Of a DNA stretch of 64,000 nt, positions 19,289-28,840 are shown piece by piece (positions within the stretch are counted from its first letter, which is position 1; every line of letters starts with the position of its first letter). The stretch is from Planctomycetota bacterium (GTDB lineage Bacteria > Planctomycetota > Brocadiia > JAADGH01): assembly GCA_040755855.1 (NCBI GenBank), contig JBFMAD010000006.1, positions 1 through 64,000 on the forward strand, written 5' to 3'. The translations under genes and the position numbers were made by a program. A model generated the notes under the pieces. It searched no databases. It was not told where the DNA came from and saw only the letters and a program-made list of their open reading frames with translations.

Positions 19289-20248
19289 CTACGTTTCTCC
19301 ACGATTCAATCTCAGCGTTCCCACAAGGTCATTAATATCCGTCTCGCCCATCTGTCGAAGCAGGTCCTTCAGGCCGTCGAGTATCTCCGTGCAGACCATC
19401 GGATTGGCGAAGAGCGCCGTGCCGACCTGCACCGCCTGCGCCCCGGCGAGGATGAACTGCATCGCGTCGCGCGCGCAGGCGATCCCGCCGATACCGATGA
19501 TCGGCACGTCGGCGCTCCGAATGGCCTGATATACCTCATGCACCTTGAGCAGGGCAATAGGCTTGATGGCAGGACCGGAAAGACCACCCATGTTGTTGCC
19601 CAGGATGGGCCGCCGCGACAGCACATCAATCTCCATGGCCTGAACGGTGTTAATCAGCGAAAGCGCGTCCGCCCCGGCATCCACGCAGGCGCGCGCAATG
19701 TCGGCTATGGATGTCACATTGGGGGAGAGCTTTGCAATGAGCGGTTTCCGCGTTGCTTCTCTGACAGCGCGAATGACCTCATCTGCCATCTCTACGCTCG
19801 CGCCAAAGAGCGCGCCCCCTTCCTTCACATTCGGGCAGGAGATGTTGATCTCCATCGCATCAATCCGGTCGGCCTTGTCGAAGCGGGAGACAACGGCAGC
19901 GTAGTCCTTCACCGCGCTCCCGGCGACGTTGGCGATGACCTTCGCCTTGCAGCCCTTGAGCTGCGGCAGATAGTCGCGGATGACGGCATCCACGCCGGGG
20001 TTTTCCAGGCCGATGGAGTTGATGATCCCCGCGCCGCCGGAGGTTTCGACGAGCCGGGGGACGGGGTTGCCCCTGCGCGGTTCGAGGGTCGTGCCTTTGA
20101 GGACAATCGCGCCGAGGGTGTCATTATCGAAGCCGGCGACCTTCTGATACACCTCGCCCCAGCCGAAGGTCCCGGAGGCGACCATGAGCGGGTTCTGCAG
20201 CTCCAGGCCGGCGATGGTCACGCGCAGGTTGGGTTCAGTCGCGGGCAT
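19289..20248 (-). CDS. pyrD: dihydroorotate dehydrogenase B, catalytic subunit
   Basis: NPLMVASGTFG, INSIGLENPG, EINISCPNV, AKLSPNVT, GGLSGPAIKP. Confidence 0.95.
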   Translation of the reverse strand: MPATEPNLRVTIAGLELQNPLMVASGTFGWGEVYQKVAGFDNDTLGAIVLKGTTLEPRRGNPVPRLVETSGGAGIINSIGLENPGVDAVIRDYLPQLKGCKAKVIANVAGSAVKDYAAVVSRFDKADRIDAMEINISCPNVKEGGALFGASVEMADEVIRAVREATRKPLIAKLSPNVTSIADIARACVDAGADALSLINTVQAMEIDVLSRRPILGNNMGGLSGPAIKPIALLKVHEVYQAIRSADVPIIGIGGIACARDAMQFILAGAQAVQVGTALFANPMVCTEILDGLKDLLRQMGETDINDLVGTLRLNRGET

Positions 20249-21041
20249 TCCAGTTCACCTCATCGGCCCAGAACATGGGACCGTCCGTGCACACCTTCTT
20301 GTTCATGGTACCGCCGTCGGGCAGGAGGACCTGGCACACGCACGACATGCACGCCCCCATGCCGCAGCCCATCATCTCTTCGAGGAGCACCTGGCAGCAC
20401 ACCTTGTGGTCTGCCGCCGATTCGGCGACTTTCTTCAGCATCCCCCACGGCCCGCAGGCGAAGAGCATGCGCCCCTCGACCGACGCGGCGCGCGCCAGGT
20501 ATTCTTTGAGGAGGTCGGTCACGGGGCCGAGATGCCCCCCGCCACCCTCCATGACAGAGAGGTGGGTTTCGATGCCGAGCTGCTGGAGTTCGTCAGGATT
20601 GAGGGGAAACGTCTCCCGATTCTGGCAGCCGAGCAGGGCCGTGGTCTCAACGTCGTTTTGGATAAGGGTCCTGCCCAGCATCTCCAGGGGGCCGATGCCG
20701 CAGCCCCCGCCGATCATGACGGCGTGCTTGATCCGGTCTGTCAGCTCAAAACCCCTGCCGAGGGGACCGAGGATGGGGAGCCTGTCACCCGGCCGGGCCA
20801 GAGACAGTTGCCGCGTGCCCTCGCCGATGATCCGCACAACGATCTCGAAGGACTCGCCCACAACACGTGAGAAGCTGAAGGGCCGGCGGAGGAGCGTCCG
20901 TCCGCCGCACCGGATGTTGACGAATTGCCCCGGCTTCGCGCCAGCGGCGATGCGCGGGGCATGGAACCGCACGCGGCAGTGGCCCACTGACACGACCTCG
21001 TTCGATTCCACGGCTGCGATTTCGTCGAAGATATGGCTCAT
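20235..21041 (-). CDS. pyrK: dihydroorotate dehydrogenase electron transfer subunit
   Basis: PGQFVN, LLRRPFS, GPLGRGF, ACGP, LEE.MGCGMGACMSC..VCTDGP. Confidence 0.92.
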   Translation of the reverse strand: MSHIFDEIAAVESNEVVSVGHCRVRFHAPRIAAGAKPGQFVNIRCGGRTLLRRPFSFSRVVGESFEIVVRIIGEGTRQLSLARPGDRLPILGPLGRGFELTDRIKHAVMIGGGCGIGPLEMLGRTLIQNDVETTALLGCQNRETFPLNPDELQQLGIETHLSVMEGGGGHLGPVTDLLKEYLARAASVEGRMLFACGPWGMLKKVAESAADHKVCCQVLLEEMMGCGMGACMSCVCQVLLPDGGTMNKKVCTDGPMFWADEVNWNARD

Positions 21042-22336
21042 TCTGTCTTCGGTTTCGTGATGTCTTTGGTCCATGACGTTGCGGCCCCGACGTCGGCGGG
21101 CTGTCCACCGTACTTGACGGTCAGCGTTCGCCCTTCCATGACGGTGTGCTGCGCGCCGTCACGTGTCGTGACTCCCGCCGAGCCTTTGCAGACGGTGACG
21201 GTGGTTCCGGCGTCGCTGACGGCCACATCAACCTCGCCGGGCTTGATTTCGATGCCGCCGTCATCTGTGCGGACGATATAGTTCTCTTTCTTCACGGTGA
21301 GCCAGATTTCGCCTTTCACCAGGCGAAGAGAGTTTTTGGCCGTGAAGCGGATTTCGGTGTTTGTGTTCATGCGCAGCTCGCAGTCGGAGGCAAGGCGCAG
21401 TACGGCCTTGGCGTCCGAATCGGTGCGCAGGACATGACCGACCTTGAGCGCCTCGCCTGGCTGGAGGGCTTGAGGGACCATGCGGGAGGATCGTTCGATC
21501 AGGGCCGATCCCTCGGCGAGACCGCCGGCCTCAGTGGCCTTGGCGTGGCTGTACCAGAGGAGACCGAGACCGATGGCCAAGATGCCGAGGATCGAGCCCA
21601 TAAGCTTGAAAAAGTGACTCCACGAGAACGCGGCGATGAGGATGCCGATCTCATAGAGACCAATGGCGGGGACGGCTACCATGATCTGCGTGCCGGGATC
21701 GGGCGGGGTGAGAATGGCCCCGACGACAAAGGCGGCCAGGATCGCGTAGCGCCGTTCCCGCCGGAGTGTATCGGCCGTGACGACGTCAATCTTCACGAGG
21801 AACAACACAATGAGAGGGAGTTGAAAGACAAGGCCGAGGACGAGCGTAAGGAGCATGAGGAGCGAGACGTAGTCGCTCATGCGGATGATGGGCGAGGCGA
21901 CGTCGCCGACAACGGTGAGGAGGAAGCGCAGGCCGAAGGGGATGAGGATGAAGTAGCCGAAGAGCATTCCGATAAGGAAGCAACCAAGGGAGATCGGGGC
22001 AAAAATGTGGACGTATCGTTTTTCGTGGTCGTAAAGCCCGGCGGCGACGAACATCCACATCTGGTGGATGACGATAGGCGAGGAAATGAAGAGGCCCGCG
22101 ATGAAGCAGACCTTCATGAGGGTGATGAACGCCTCCTGGTAGGTGAGGACCTTGAGATCGGGAGAGAAGCCCAATATGCGCATGGTCTTCTGGTGCGGCG
22201 CGGCCAGGATGTTCATCAGCGGGATGCGAAAGATCCAGCACAGGATGAACGCGAGGAGCACCGCCACAAGCGAGACGATGATGCGATAGCGGAGTTCTTC
22301 GAGATGTTCGCCGAAGGTCAGGCGGCGTTCGTCCAT
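21038..22336 (-). CDS. tatC: twin-arginine translocase TatC fused to a C-terminal FecR-like domain
   Basis: EHLEELRYR, Q.W.FVA.GL...EK, FQLP, TPPDP.TQ, LYEIGI; then an extra TM and VLRT....A.L.L....ELRMNTNTEI...LRLVKGEIW...V.V..G.. (FecR-like). Confidence 0.88.
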   Translation of the reverse strand: MDERRLTFGEHLEELRYRIIVSLVAVLLAFILCWIFRIPLMNILAAPHQKTMRILGFSPDLKVLTYQEAFITLMKVCFIAGLFISSPIVIHQMWMFVAAGLYDHEKRYVHIFAPISLGCFLIGMLFGYFILIPFGLRFLLTVVGDVASPIIRMSDYVSLLMLLTLVLGLVFQLPLIVLFLVKIDVVTADTLRRERRYAILAAFVVGAILTPPDPGTQIMVAVPAIGLYEIGILIAAFSWSHFFKLMGSILGILAIGLGLLWYSHAKATEAGGLAEGSALIERSSRMVPQALQPGEALKVGHVLRTDSDAKAVLRLASDCELRMNTNTEIRFTAKNSLRLVKGEIWLTVKKENYIVRTDDGGIEIKPGEVDVAVSDAGTTVTVCKGSAGVTTRDGAQHTVMEGRTLTVKYGGQPADVGAATSWTKDITKPKTE

Positions 22337-22456
22337 GGGAGCGTGTAAACCCTATGACACCGAGGAAAGCATTGTCATCCGTCAATGGATCATAGCACAG
22401 GAGAGGGCAGAAAAACAAGGGCTATCCGACTCAGGATGCGCATTCGCATATATCCA

Positions 22457-22485
22457 TTGATCGAGGACGGCGGGTTGCATATAAT
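22457..22485 (+). promoter_or_regulatory. sigma70 promoter for the kinase gene
   Basis: TTGATC-N17-TATAAT. Confidence 0.6.
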
Positions 22486-22535
22486 GGCCTGGGAACTGGC
22501 CGAATGACACGACGCCCCTGCGAGAACCAGGCAAG

Positions 22536-24743
22536 GTGGACGACGCGGAAAAAAACCACGACGACATCCCGGCGGAAGAGGTCAGCCCGGACGACCCGAC
22601 AACCACCCTCTTGCCCGGGGAGATCAGAGCAGCGAAGCCGCCTGAACTGAAGGACTACGACATTCTCGGTGTGGTAGGTCGAGGGGGCATGGGCGTCGTC
22701 TACCAGGCGCGTGAGACGGAGCTTGACCGGACCGTAGCCATCAAGGTCCTGCTCCATACCGATGCGAGCCAGGACGTGCGCCGGTATGTTCGGGAGGAGG
22801 CGCGCCTCACCGCCGGCCAGCAACATCCGAACATCGTCCGCGTCTATCGTCTCCTTCCCGACGCCCGGCCGCCCTGTTTCGTCATGGAATGGGTGGACGG
22901 CCAACCGATCAACCGGGCCGTCTCCCGGCTGGACTACAGGGCATTGGCCGCCCTCTTCGCCAAGGTGGCCAAGGCGGTGGCATACGCTCACGAGAACGGC
23001 GTGCTGCATCTCGATCTGAAGCCCGGCAATATTCTTGTGGACAAATCGGGCGAGCCCAAAATCCTCGACTTCGGCCTTGCACGACGGCGTGAAGAGACGA
23101 GTGAAGCCGTTCGAGGCACGTTCCTCTACATGGCCCCCGAGCAGTTCCTCTCACCGAAGATCGTGGACGAGACGACCGACGTCTACGCCCTTGGCGTGAT
23201 CCTTTACGAACTATTGACGGGAACGAAGCCGCCGGCGCCCTCCAACGAGTCCTCTCTCCAGGCTTGGGCGGACCGCACCTTCGCGGCGCCAAGGGAGATC
23301 AAGCCGGACATTCCCGAGAAGCTGCAGCGGATTTTTCTCCAGGCATGTGAGCAGTCCCAGGACAACAGATACAAGACCGCCCGCCTATTTGCAGAGGATC
23401 TGGATCGCTTTGCCAGGGGCGAACCGATCTCCGCCCGACCTACACGATACGGGCGGTTGGTCGAGGAGCGGCTGCAACGGCACGTCAGCGACCTCGCTCT
23501 CCTGGAGGAGGACGGGCTCATCACGCGCCGCGAGCGCGACGCTATGGAGCATCGCTACAGCAAGATGGCGATGCTCAACTCGCTGTGGATCCCCGGAGCG
23601 AGGTGGCTGCGATGGGGGCCGACCCTGTCCCAGCTCGGCGGCTGGCTGATCGTGATCAGCGTCCTTCTCTGGCCGCTCTTCTACTGGAGCGATCTGGCAC
23701 GATGGCAACGCGTGATCGTGGTCGGGGTGCCGACATTGGTCGTGAATCTGGCGGGTCTGCGCATGTGGAAGGGCCGAAAGCCCCTGGTGGGCGCAATCTT
23801 CTGCGCAGCCGGTGCTGTGCTTGTCCCCATCTTCTTCGGTGTGCTCTTCTCGCAACTGGACGTGTTCGAGTGGCGGCAGTCCGATAGATACGAGGTGTTC
23901 CCCCCCGACTACTTCTGTAATGTCCAACTCCTCGTCGCGCTGGTCCTCATGCTTGCCTACTGCGGCACTCTCGTCTATCGCACCCGGCTCGGGGTGTTCT
24001 CCGTCCTGCTTACAATTACCGTGCTGCTCACGTACGCCACATGCACGCTCCTGATTGGGCTGAAGGCGCAACTGAACGATCAGGAATTCGCCTTTGCGGC
24101 GTGCTGGTTCGTTCCCTTGATCTTCGGCCTATACGTTGCGGCCTACCGTCTGGAGAAGTGGGGTATGGAGCACTTGGCCAGTCCACCCTATGCGGTGGCG
24201 GGACTGCTCTTCATCTCCCTCACGTGCGTCTTGGCTTGGGACATCCCGAAAACGTGGTTCAAGATTAGCAACGTGGATGGCCGGGCAATCGCCATGTACT
24301 GCCTGTCGTTCGGCAATGGGTTGCTCTATTTCGCCATCGCCTGGTGGCAGAGCGCGTCCCCCTCCAGGCTCCGGAGGGCGGCGGCGCAGCAGCTCTACCG
24401 GCTCGTCCCGCCCTTTTGCGTGGTGTCGCTGGACTTCCTCGAGGCGCCCCTGGACCACCTTGGGGTGCTCGCCGTTTTCCAGTTGGGGCCGAGGCCCGTC
24501 TACCTGTCCGAAATCCTGGTCATTGTGGCCTGCATAGTCTTCATCGGTCTGGCCGTTGCCCTTCAGTGGAGGTGGTATCTCTACTATGGCTTGATCCATC
24601 TGGCGATCAAGCTCACCTTCTTCACAAGCGAGCACCTGTCCGATTACGTCTCTTGGCCGCTGGCCCTGTTCCTCATGGGCGCGGTTATCATGTTCATCGG
24701 GATGGCAATTGAGCTGAGATGGGGCCGTACGACCACGGAATAG
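22536..24743 (+). CDS. Hanks-type Ser/Thr kinase with C-terminal polytopic membrane domain
   Basis: GRGGMGVVY, VAIK, HLDLKPGN, DFG, YMAPE, DVYALG; many TM helices after about aa 360. Confidence 0.9.
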   Translation: MDDAEKNHDDIPAEEVSPDDPTTTLLPGEIRAAKPPELKDYDILGVVGRGGMGVVYQARETELDRTVAIKVLLHTDASQDVRRYVREEARLTAGQQHPNIVRVYRLLPDARPPCFVMEWVDGQPINRAVSRLDYRALAALFAKVAKAVAYAHENGVLHLDLKPGNILVDKSGEPKILDFGLARRREETSEAVRGTFLYMAPEQFLSPKIVDETTDVYALGVILYELLTGTKPPAPSNESSLQAWADRTFAAPREIKPDIPEKLQRIFLQACEQSQDNRYKTARLFAEDLDRFARGEPISARPTRYGRLVEERLQRHVSDLALLEEDGLITRRERDAMEHRYSKMAMLNSLWIPGARWLRWGPTLSQLGGWLIVISVLLWPLFYWSDLARWQRVIVVGVPTLVVNLAGLRMWKGRKPLVGAIFCAAGAVLVPIFFGVLFSQLDVFEWRQSDRYEVFPPDYFCNVQLLVALVLMLAYCGTLVYRTRLGVFSVLLTITVLLTYATCTLLIGLKAQLNDQEFAFAACWFVPLIFGLYVAAYRLEKWGMEHLASPPYAVAGLLFISLTCVLAWDIPKTWFKISNVDGRAIAMYCLSFGNGLLYFAIAWWQSASPSRLRRAAAQQLYRLVPPFCVVSLDFLEAPLDHLGVLAVFQLGPRPVYLSEILVIVACIVFIGLAVALQWRWYLYYGLIHLAIKLTFFTSEHLSDYVSWPLALFLMGAVIMFIGMAIELRWGRTTTE

Positions 24744-24779
24744 GCCCACCTTCGTCTCGCCAGCCCATATCTCTCGCAA

Positions 24780-27700
24780 TCAAGGCCCAGGCGCGATGGC
24801 GGTCTCGAGAAATCGTACAACCTCCTCGCCATTCCGCGCCGATTGCGGCAGAATCACGTGCGACGTCCTCGCCTCGATTCTCCGCCATTGGGGGCCTAAC
24901 GAGGCGAGGGCCCGCTGCGTTCGCACCGGATCGAACGACTCGATGATGAGGCGGTCGTCGCTGAATGCAATGCTCCGGATGCCGATCTGCCCGGCGAGGA
25001 TGCGAACGCGGGATTCGGCGAGAAGGTTCTCCGCCTCGCGGGGCGGCGGGCCGAAACGGTCCAGCAATTCCTGCCGGACGGTCTCGATCTCGTCGAGCGT
25101 CTCCGCCCGGCTGAGCTTCCGATACATCTCGATCTTTTGCTTCGCGTCAGGGATGTAACCCTCTGGCAAAAAAGCGGTTAGGCCGATGGTGATGGAGACA
25201 TCCGGCCGCTCGCGCACATCCTCGTTTCGGGCGCGCTTGACGGCGATCTCCAGCAGACGGCAATACATGTCGTAGCCGATGGCGTGGATGTGGCCGCTCT
25301 GCTCGGCGCCGAGGATGTTGCCCGCGCCGCGAATCTCCAGGTCGCGCATGGCGATCTTGAACCCCGCCCCGAGGTCGGCGAACTCCTCGATGGCCTTCAG
25401 CCGCTTCTCGGCCACGGGGTTCACGACGCCATGCTGAGGGACGAGGAAGTAGGCGTAGGCCCGGTGCTTGTATCGCCCGACGCGGCCGCGGAGCTGGTGC
25501 AGCTCGGCCAGGCCGAAGTTGTCCGCATTGTTGACGAAGAGCGTGTTCGCGTTGGGGATGTCGAGGCCCGACTCGATGATCGTGGTTGAGACCAGGACGT
25601 CGCTCTTGCCCTCGACGAACTCCGTCATTCGTTGCTCAAGGAGCCGCTCGGACATCTGGCCGTGGGCGACAGTGAACTTGGCCTCGGGAACGATGTCGCG
25701 CAGCGACCGCGCCACGTTCTCGATGTTATACACACGATTGTGGACGAAGAACACCTGTCCGTCGCGGCTTAGCTCGCGGAGGACGGCCTGCCGGATTCGG
25801 TGCGGGTCGAACCGCCACAGGCGGGTTTGGATGGCCAGGCGGTCGCGCGGCGGGGTCTGGAGCGACGAGATGTCCCGGATGCCGAGGAGGGACATGTGGA
25901 GCGTCCGCGGGATGGGCGTGGCGGTGAGGGTGAGGACGTCCACCGTCGCGCGCAGCTTCTTGAGGCGCTCCTTGTGGACCACGCCGAAGCGCTGCTCCTC
26001 GTCAATGATGACCAGGCCGAGGTCCTTGAACCCCACGTCCTTCTGGATGAGCCGGTGCGTGCCGATGACAATGTCCACGCTCCCCTCCCGCAGGCCCTCG
26101 ATCACACGCTCCTGTTCGGTCTTCGTCCGGAACCGGCTTAGTACCTCGATGTGGACGGGATAGTCGGCCATCCGTTCGGTGAAGGTGCGGAAGTGCTGCT
26201 GGGCGAGGATGGTGGTCGGCACGAGCACGGCCGCCTGCTTGCCGGCCATGACGGCGCGGAAGGCGGCGCGCATGGCGAGCTCCGTCTTGCCGTAGCCCAC
26301 GTCGCCGCAGATGAGACGGTCCATGGGCCGGGCGTCGGCCATGTCCTGTTTGATCTCTTCCGACACGGCCACCTGGTCGTCGGTCTCGGTATAGATGAAG
26401 GATGCCTCGAACTCATGCTGCCAGTCGGGGTTTTCGGGGTATTGGATGCCCTTCTCCGCCGCCCGAAGGGCCTGGACGCGGAGGAGTTCTGCGGCAAGGT
26501 CCTCTACGGCCTCCTGGGCCTGCTCCTTCCGGCGCTCCCACGTCGTTCCGCCGATCTTGCTCAGCGTGGGGCGGCGGTCCGTGCCGCCGATGTACTTGCT
26601 CACCAGTTCGATCTTCGAGGCCGGGACATAGAGTTTGACGTGGTCCTCGTACTCCAGGACGAGGAACTCCTGCCGCTCTCCGTCTTGCTCCAGCATCTCC
26701 ATACCGAGGAAGCGGCCGATGCCGTGGGCGATGTGAACTACGTAGTCGCCCACTTCGAGGTCGAGGAAGGAATCTATTGCCTTGCTCTTGGGCTGGGGGC
26801 GGGTCTGGCGGCGGAGCTGGTAGCGCTGGAAAATCTCGTGATGGGGCAGGATGGCCAGCTTCAGATCACCGAACTCAAATCCCCGCGTGAGGCGGCCGAT
26901 CTCCAGGAACAACTTTGCCCGATCCGTGGTCTTTCCTTCGATCAGCTGATTCAGTCGCTCGCGTTCTGCGTCGTTATTACAGAAGACAACTGTGCGGTCA
27001 TTGTCTTGCACAATTCGCCCAAGCTCTTCGACGGCCGACTGGATGTCGCGTTCGAAGCGCGAGACGGAGTTGATGTTCAGATGGACCCCATGCTGCGGCT
27101 TCGGGAGGGGAATGTCCTCCGCCAAGGGCAGACGGGTGAGCGTGAGGAGCGGATGGGCGGCGATCTTGGACAGGGTCGCCTCGACCGTGTTCATCAACCG
27201 GCGCGCGGTTTCGTCGAGGCGATCGAGGCTGCTCTCGGCCCGGGTGATTACCTCCTCCGGCTCGACAACCGCGATAACTGATTCCTGGGGCAGATAACTG
27301 AGAATCGAATCCAGCGCCGTCCGGTCAATCGTCCGCTCCGAGGCAACCCACTGGCACGAGGGAATCTCCCGGTCCGACGTCTGCAACTCCGGGTCGAACT
27401 CTCGGATTGACTCGATCTTGTCGCCGAAGAACTCGATTCGGAAGGGGGTGTCGGAAGAGAAGGGAAACACATCGAGTATGCCGCCGCGCAGGGCAAACTC
27501 CCCCGGGAGGGTCGCCTGGGGCGCGCGCTCGAACTGGTGGCGGTCCAGCCACTGGATAAGCCGCGCCTGGGGCGCAGTATCGCCCACATTCAGCGTTAGG
27601 GCGCTTTCCCGGAGGGACTCCGGCGCGACCACGGGCTGCAAGATCGCCTGGATCGGCGCGACGATGACATCGGGCCTGGCGTGGTCGAAAACCAGCCGGC

Positions 27701-28013
27701 GCTGAATGGCTATGCGCGCCCCGATGATATGATTATCCGGCGTGTCGTCTTCGGGCAGGATTTCCCAGGCCGGGAATAGTTGCGCGGCGCGGGGACGGAA
27801 GAGGTTGACATCGTCGGCCGTCTCCTCCGCCTCGTCAATGTGCGCCACGATGAGCAGCAAGGGCCCGGGGAGGTGCATAGTGAGGGCGGCGGTCAGGTAC
27901 GCCCCGGCCGAACCCCATAGTCCATCAACGGAGACATTTTCACCCTTTTCCAGTCTGGTAAGTATCTGGACGTAAGAGTTGCTTTCCTGCAATTGTCGGG
28001 TCAGGGCTTCCAT
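24780..28013 (-). CDS. mfd: transcription-repair coupling factor
   Basis: GDYVVH..HGIG, CGDVGYGKTE, DEEQRFG, TATPIPRTL, QLRGRVGR, DLEIRGAGN. Confidence 0.97.
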   Translation of the reverse strand: MEALTRQLQESNSYVQILTRLEKGENVSVDGLWGSAGAYLTAALTMHLPGPLLLIVAHIDEAEETADDVNLFRPRAAQLFPAWEILPEDDTPDNHIIGARIAIQRRLVFDHARPDVIVAPIQAILQPVVAPESLRESALTLNVGDTAPQARLIQWLDRHQFERAPQATLPGEFALRGGILDVFPFSSDTPFRIEFFGDKIESIREFDPELQTSDREIPSCQWVASERTIDRTALDSILSYLPQESVIAVVEPEEVITRAESSLDRLDETARRLMNTVEATLSKIAAHPLLTLTRLPLAEDIPLPKPQHGVHLNINSVSRFERDIQSAVEELGRIVQDNDRTVVFCNNDAERERLNQLIEGKTTDRAKLFLEIGRLTRGFEFGDLKLAILPHHEIFQRYQLRRQTRPQPKSKAIDSFLDLEVGDYVVHIAHGIGRFLGMEMLEQDGERQEFLVLEYEDHVKLYVPASKIELVSKYIGGTDRRPTLSKIGGTTWERRKEQAQEAVEDLAAELLRVQALRAAEKGIQYPENPDWQHEFEASFIYTETDDQVAVSEEIKQDMADARPMDRLICGDVGYGKTELAMRAAFRAVMAGKQAAVLVPTTILAQQHFRTFTERMADYPVHIEVLSRFRTKTEQERVIEGLREGSVDIVIGTHRLIQKDVGFKDLGLVIIDEEQRFGVVHKERLKKLRATVDVLTLTATPIPRTLHMSLLGIRDISSLQTPPRDRLAIQTRLWRFDPHRIRQAVLRELSRDGQVFFVHNRVYNIENVARSLRDIVPEAKFTVAHGQMSERLLEQRMTEFVEGKSDVLVSTTIIESGLDIPNANTLFVNNADNFGLAELHQLRGRVGRYKHRAYAYFLVPQHGVVNPVAEKRLKAIEEFADLGAGFKIAMRDLEIRGAGNILGAEQSGHIHAIGYDMYCRLLEIAVKRARNEDVRERPDVSITIGLTAFLPEGYIPDAKQKIEMYRKLSRAETLDEIETVRQELLDRFGPPPREAENLLAESRVRILAGQIGIRSIAFSDDRLIIESFDPVRTQRALASLGPQWRRIEARTSHVILPQSARNGEEVVRFLETAIAPGP

Positions 28014-28020
28014 ATATGAA

Positions 28021-28050
28021 AATTTAACAGATTCTTGCGGGGTTCGTCAA
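28021..28050 (-). promoter_or_regulatory. sigma70 promoter, near-leaderless mfd
   Basis: TTGACG-N18-TAAATT with extended -10 TG, ending 7 nt before the ATG. Confidence 0.55.
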
Positions 28051-28205
28051 ATATTCCCTTAAAAAAAGCTTGTCACACCAAAACAAACGCCTAACCACTT
28101 AATTGCACATAAGTTATGCACACCCATATCCATCGGCGCGCCGCAAGAAAAGGATGCCGTTCTCGATATGATAAAGCCTTTTACGTCCGAAAATCCAAAT
28201 TATCG

Positions 28206-28234
28206 TTGACTCGGAGGGCTTGGGCTGCTATATT
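28206..28234 (+). promoter_or_regulatory. sigma70 promoter of the trx-iscS operon
   Basis: TTGACT-N17-TATATT. Confidence 0.55.
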
Positions 28235-28452
28235 AGAGGGATAGGATCGGAGCATAATTTGGGGCTATGAGACACTAAAGCGCAAACGTTGAGAAATCGG
28301 ATCGGGGCAAGATTTCGTGTCGTCTTTTCGCAGGGGGGCGGAAGTCGTCTTCGGGGCATCGGCAAGGCGAGCAGGCCAAAGACAGACAATTTCATTGGGC
28401 TGACAGACGGGCGCGTTTCCATATATCCCTTTTCGTTGACGGAGAGACTGTG

Positions 28453-28821
28453 ATGGCCGATCCGGTGGTTCAAATCACGGACGAAAGCTTCGAAGAGGAA
28501 ACCATTGCGGGTAACGTCCTTGTCATGATTGACTTCGTATCGGACTGGTGTGGGGAGTCACAGAAGATGATCCCCCTCGTGGATGAACTGGCCACACGAT
28601 ACCCAGGCCAGCTCAAGACCCGTCGAATTGACATAGACCGCAGCGCAGAAACCGCCGTCCGGTGCAATGTCCTTAACACCCCGGCCATCCTCTTCTTTCG
28701 CGATGGGGAGGAGCTGGATCGCCTCACCGGAAAGTTCGGCAAGACCCGGCTGATCTCCACACTGGAGAGCCTCCTTGAACCCGCGCTGCTGCCGCGGCGG
28801 CGCGCCCGAACCGCTCGGTAA
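28453..28821 (+). CDS. thioredoxin-family protein, atypical CxxS (WCGES)
   Basis: ITDESFEE, VMIDF..DWCGES, cis-Pro NTPA, FFRDGE. Confidence 0.8.
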   Translation: MADPVVQITDESFEEETIAGNVLVMIDFVSDWCGESQKMIPLVDELATRYPGQLKTRRIDIDRSAETAVRCNVLNTPAILFFRDGEELDRLTGKFGKTRLISTLESLLEPALLPRRRARTAR

Positions 28822-28840
28822 CTAAGGGGGTTCCACCACA

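Noticed and set aside
28090..28125. DnaA-box-like TTATGCACA in an AT-rich intergenic region (possible oriC)
   Set aside because: Single box, no cluster, and no dnaA/dnaN context.
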